Origin: Histomonas meleagridis 2922-C6/04-290x
Taxonomy: Eukaryota > Protista > Parabasalia
Length of the DNA stretch: 64,000 nt
Reading direction: 5' to 3'
Assembly (NCBI GenBank): GCA_020184695.1
Contig: JAANOX010000231.1
Coordinates: forward strand, 267,017-331,016
In this document: positions 63,900 through 64,000 of the stretch, in pieces
Layout: every line of letters starts with the position of its first letter
Position numbering within the stretch: the first letter of the stretch is position 1
The notes under the pieces: generated by a model
Database searches by the model: none
The model's input: only the letters and a program-made list of their open reading frames with translations
Told to the model about the DNA's origin: nothing
Made by a program: the position numbers and the translations under genes

Positions 63900-64000
63900 G
63901 GATTATTGATATAATATTATCACTATTATATATATTATTATTATTATTATATATATTATTACTATTATATATATTATTACTATTTAGTAATATTTTATTA
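63900..64000. repeat. AT low-complexity / (TAT)n-like tract
   Basis: tatattattattattattatatatattatt etc. Confidence 0.6.

Noticed and set aside
1-64000. tRNA/rRNA genes and canonical ACTAAC-type spliceosomal introns
   Set aside because: No T-loop GTTCRA cloverleaf, rRNA-like stretch or branch-point/3' splice box in a coding context was found by eye. tRNAscan or Infernal would be needed to exclude them fully.

Overview
AT-rich (roughly 70% AT by eye), intron-poor, gene-dense eukaryotic DNA, most consistent with a parabasalid protist (Trichomonas/Tritrichomonas/Histomonas-like). The basis is Trichomonas-type actin, TCA(T/C)(T/A) initiators, Myb/M3-type AACGGT promoter boxes, BspA-like LRR surface proteins and ankyrin-family remnants. 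About 28 intact or nearly intact genes are present: SAPS-like, RPS2, pyridoxal kinase, VPS9, a bacterial-like surface protein, telobox Myb, MFS, Kelch, SCAMP, RtcB, ARM, uridine kinase, Vps8-like, a large Tyr/acidic repeat secreted protein, MOB1, RPL21, a KNL1-like candidate, CK1, TBC, HEATR5-like, UGPase, alpha-amylase, importin-beta-like, ARF1 and two BspA. There are four gene remnants: actin, two ankyrin/DUF3447-like, and an AHL-lactonase-like fragment. No tRNA, rRNA or CRISPR was seen. Most interesting non-routine signals: (1) a GC-rich 16-bp-phased element (GGGGTGCYYY-GTTT) recurring at four loci; (2) a decayed bacterial-type quorum-quenching lactonase; (3) a 19-bp motif shared upstream of adjacent UGPase and alpha-amylase genes; (4) a candidate KNL1/Spc105; (5) a ~929-aa EENGYAYDGTY(I/V)P repeat protein; (6) a ~110-bp TIR-bounded MITE-like element in two copies; (7) CpG/G enrichment at gene 3' ends. 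Several single-base homopolymer indels suggest an imperfectly polished long-read assembly. All family calls come from motif recognition by eye, not database searches.
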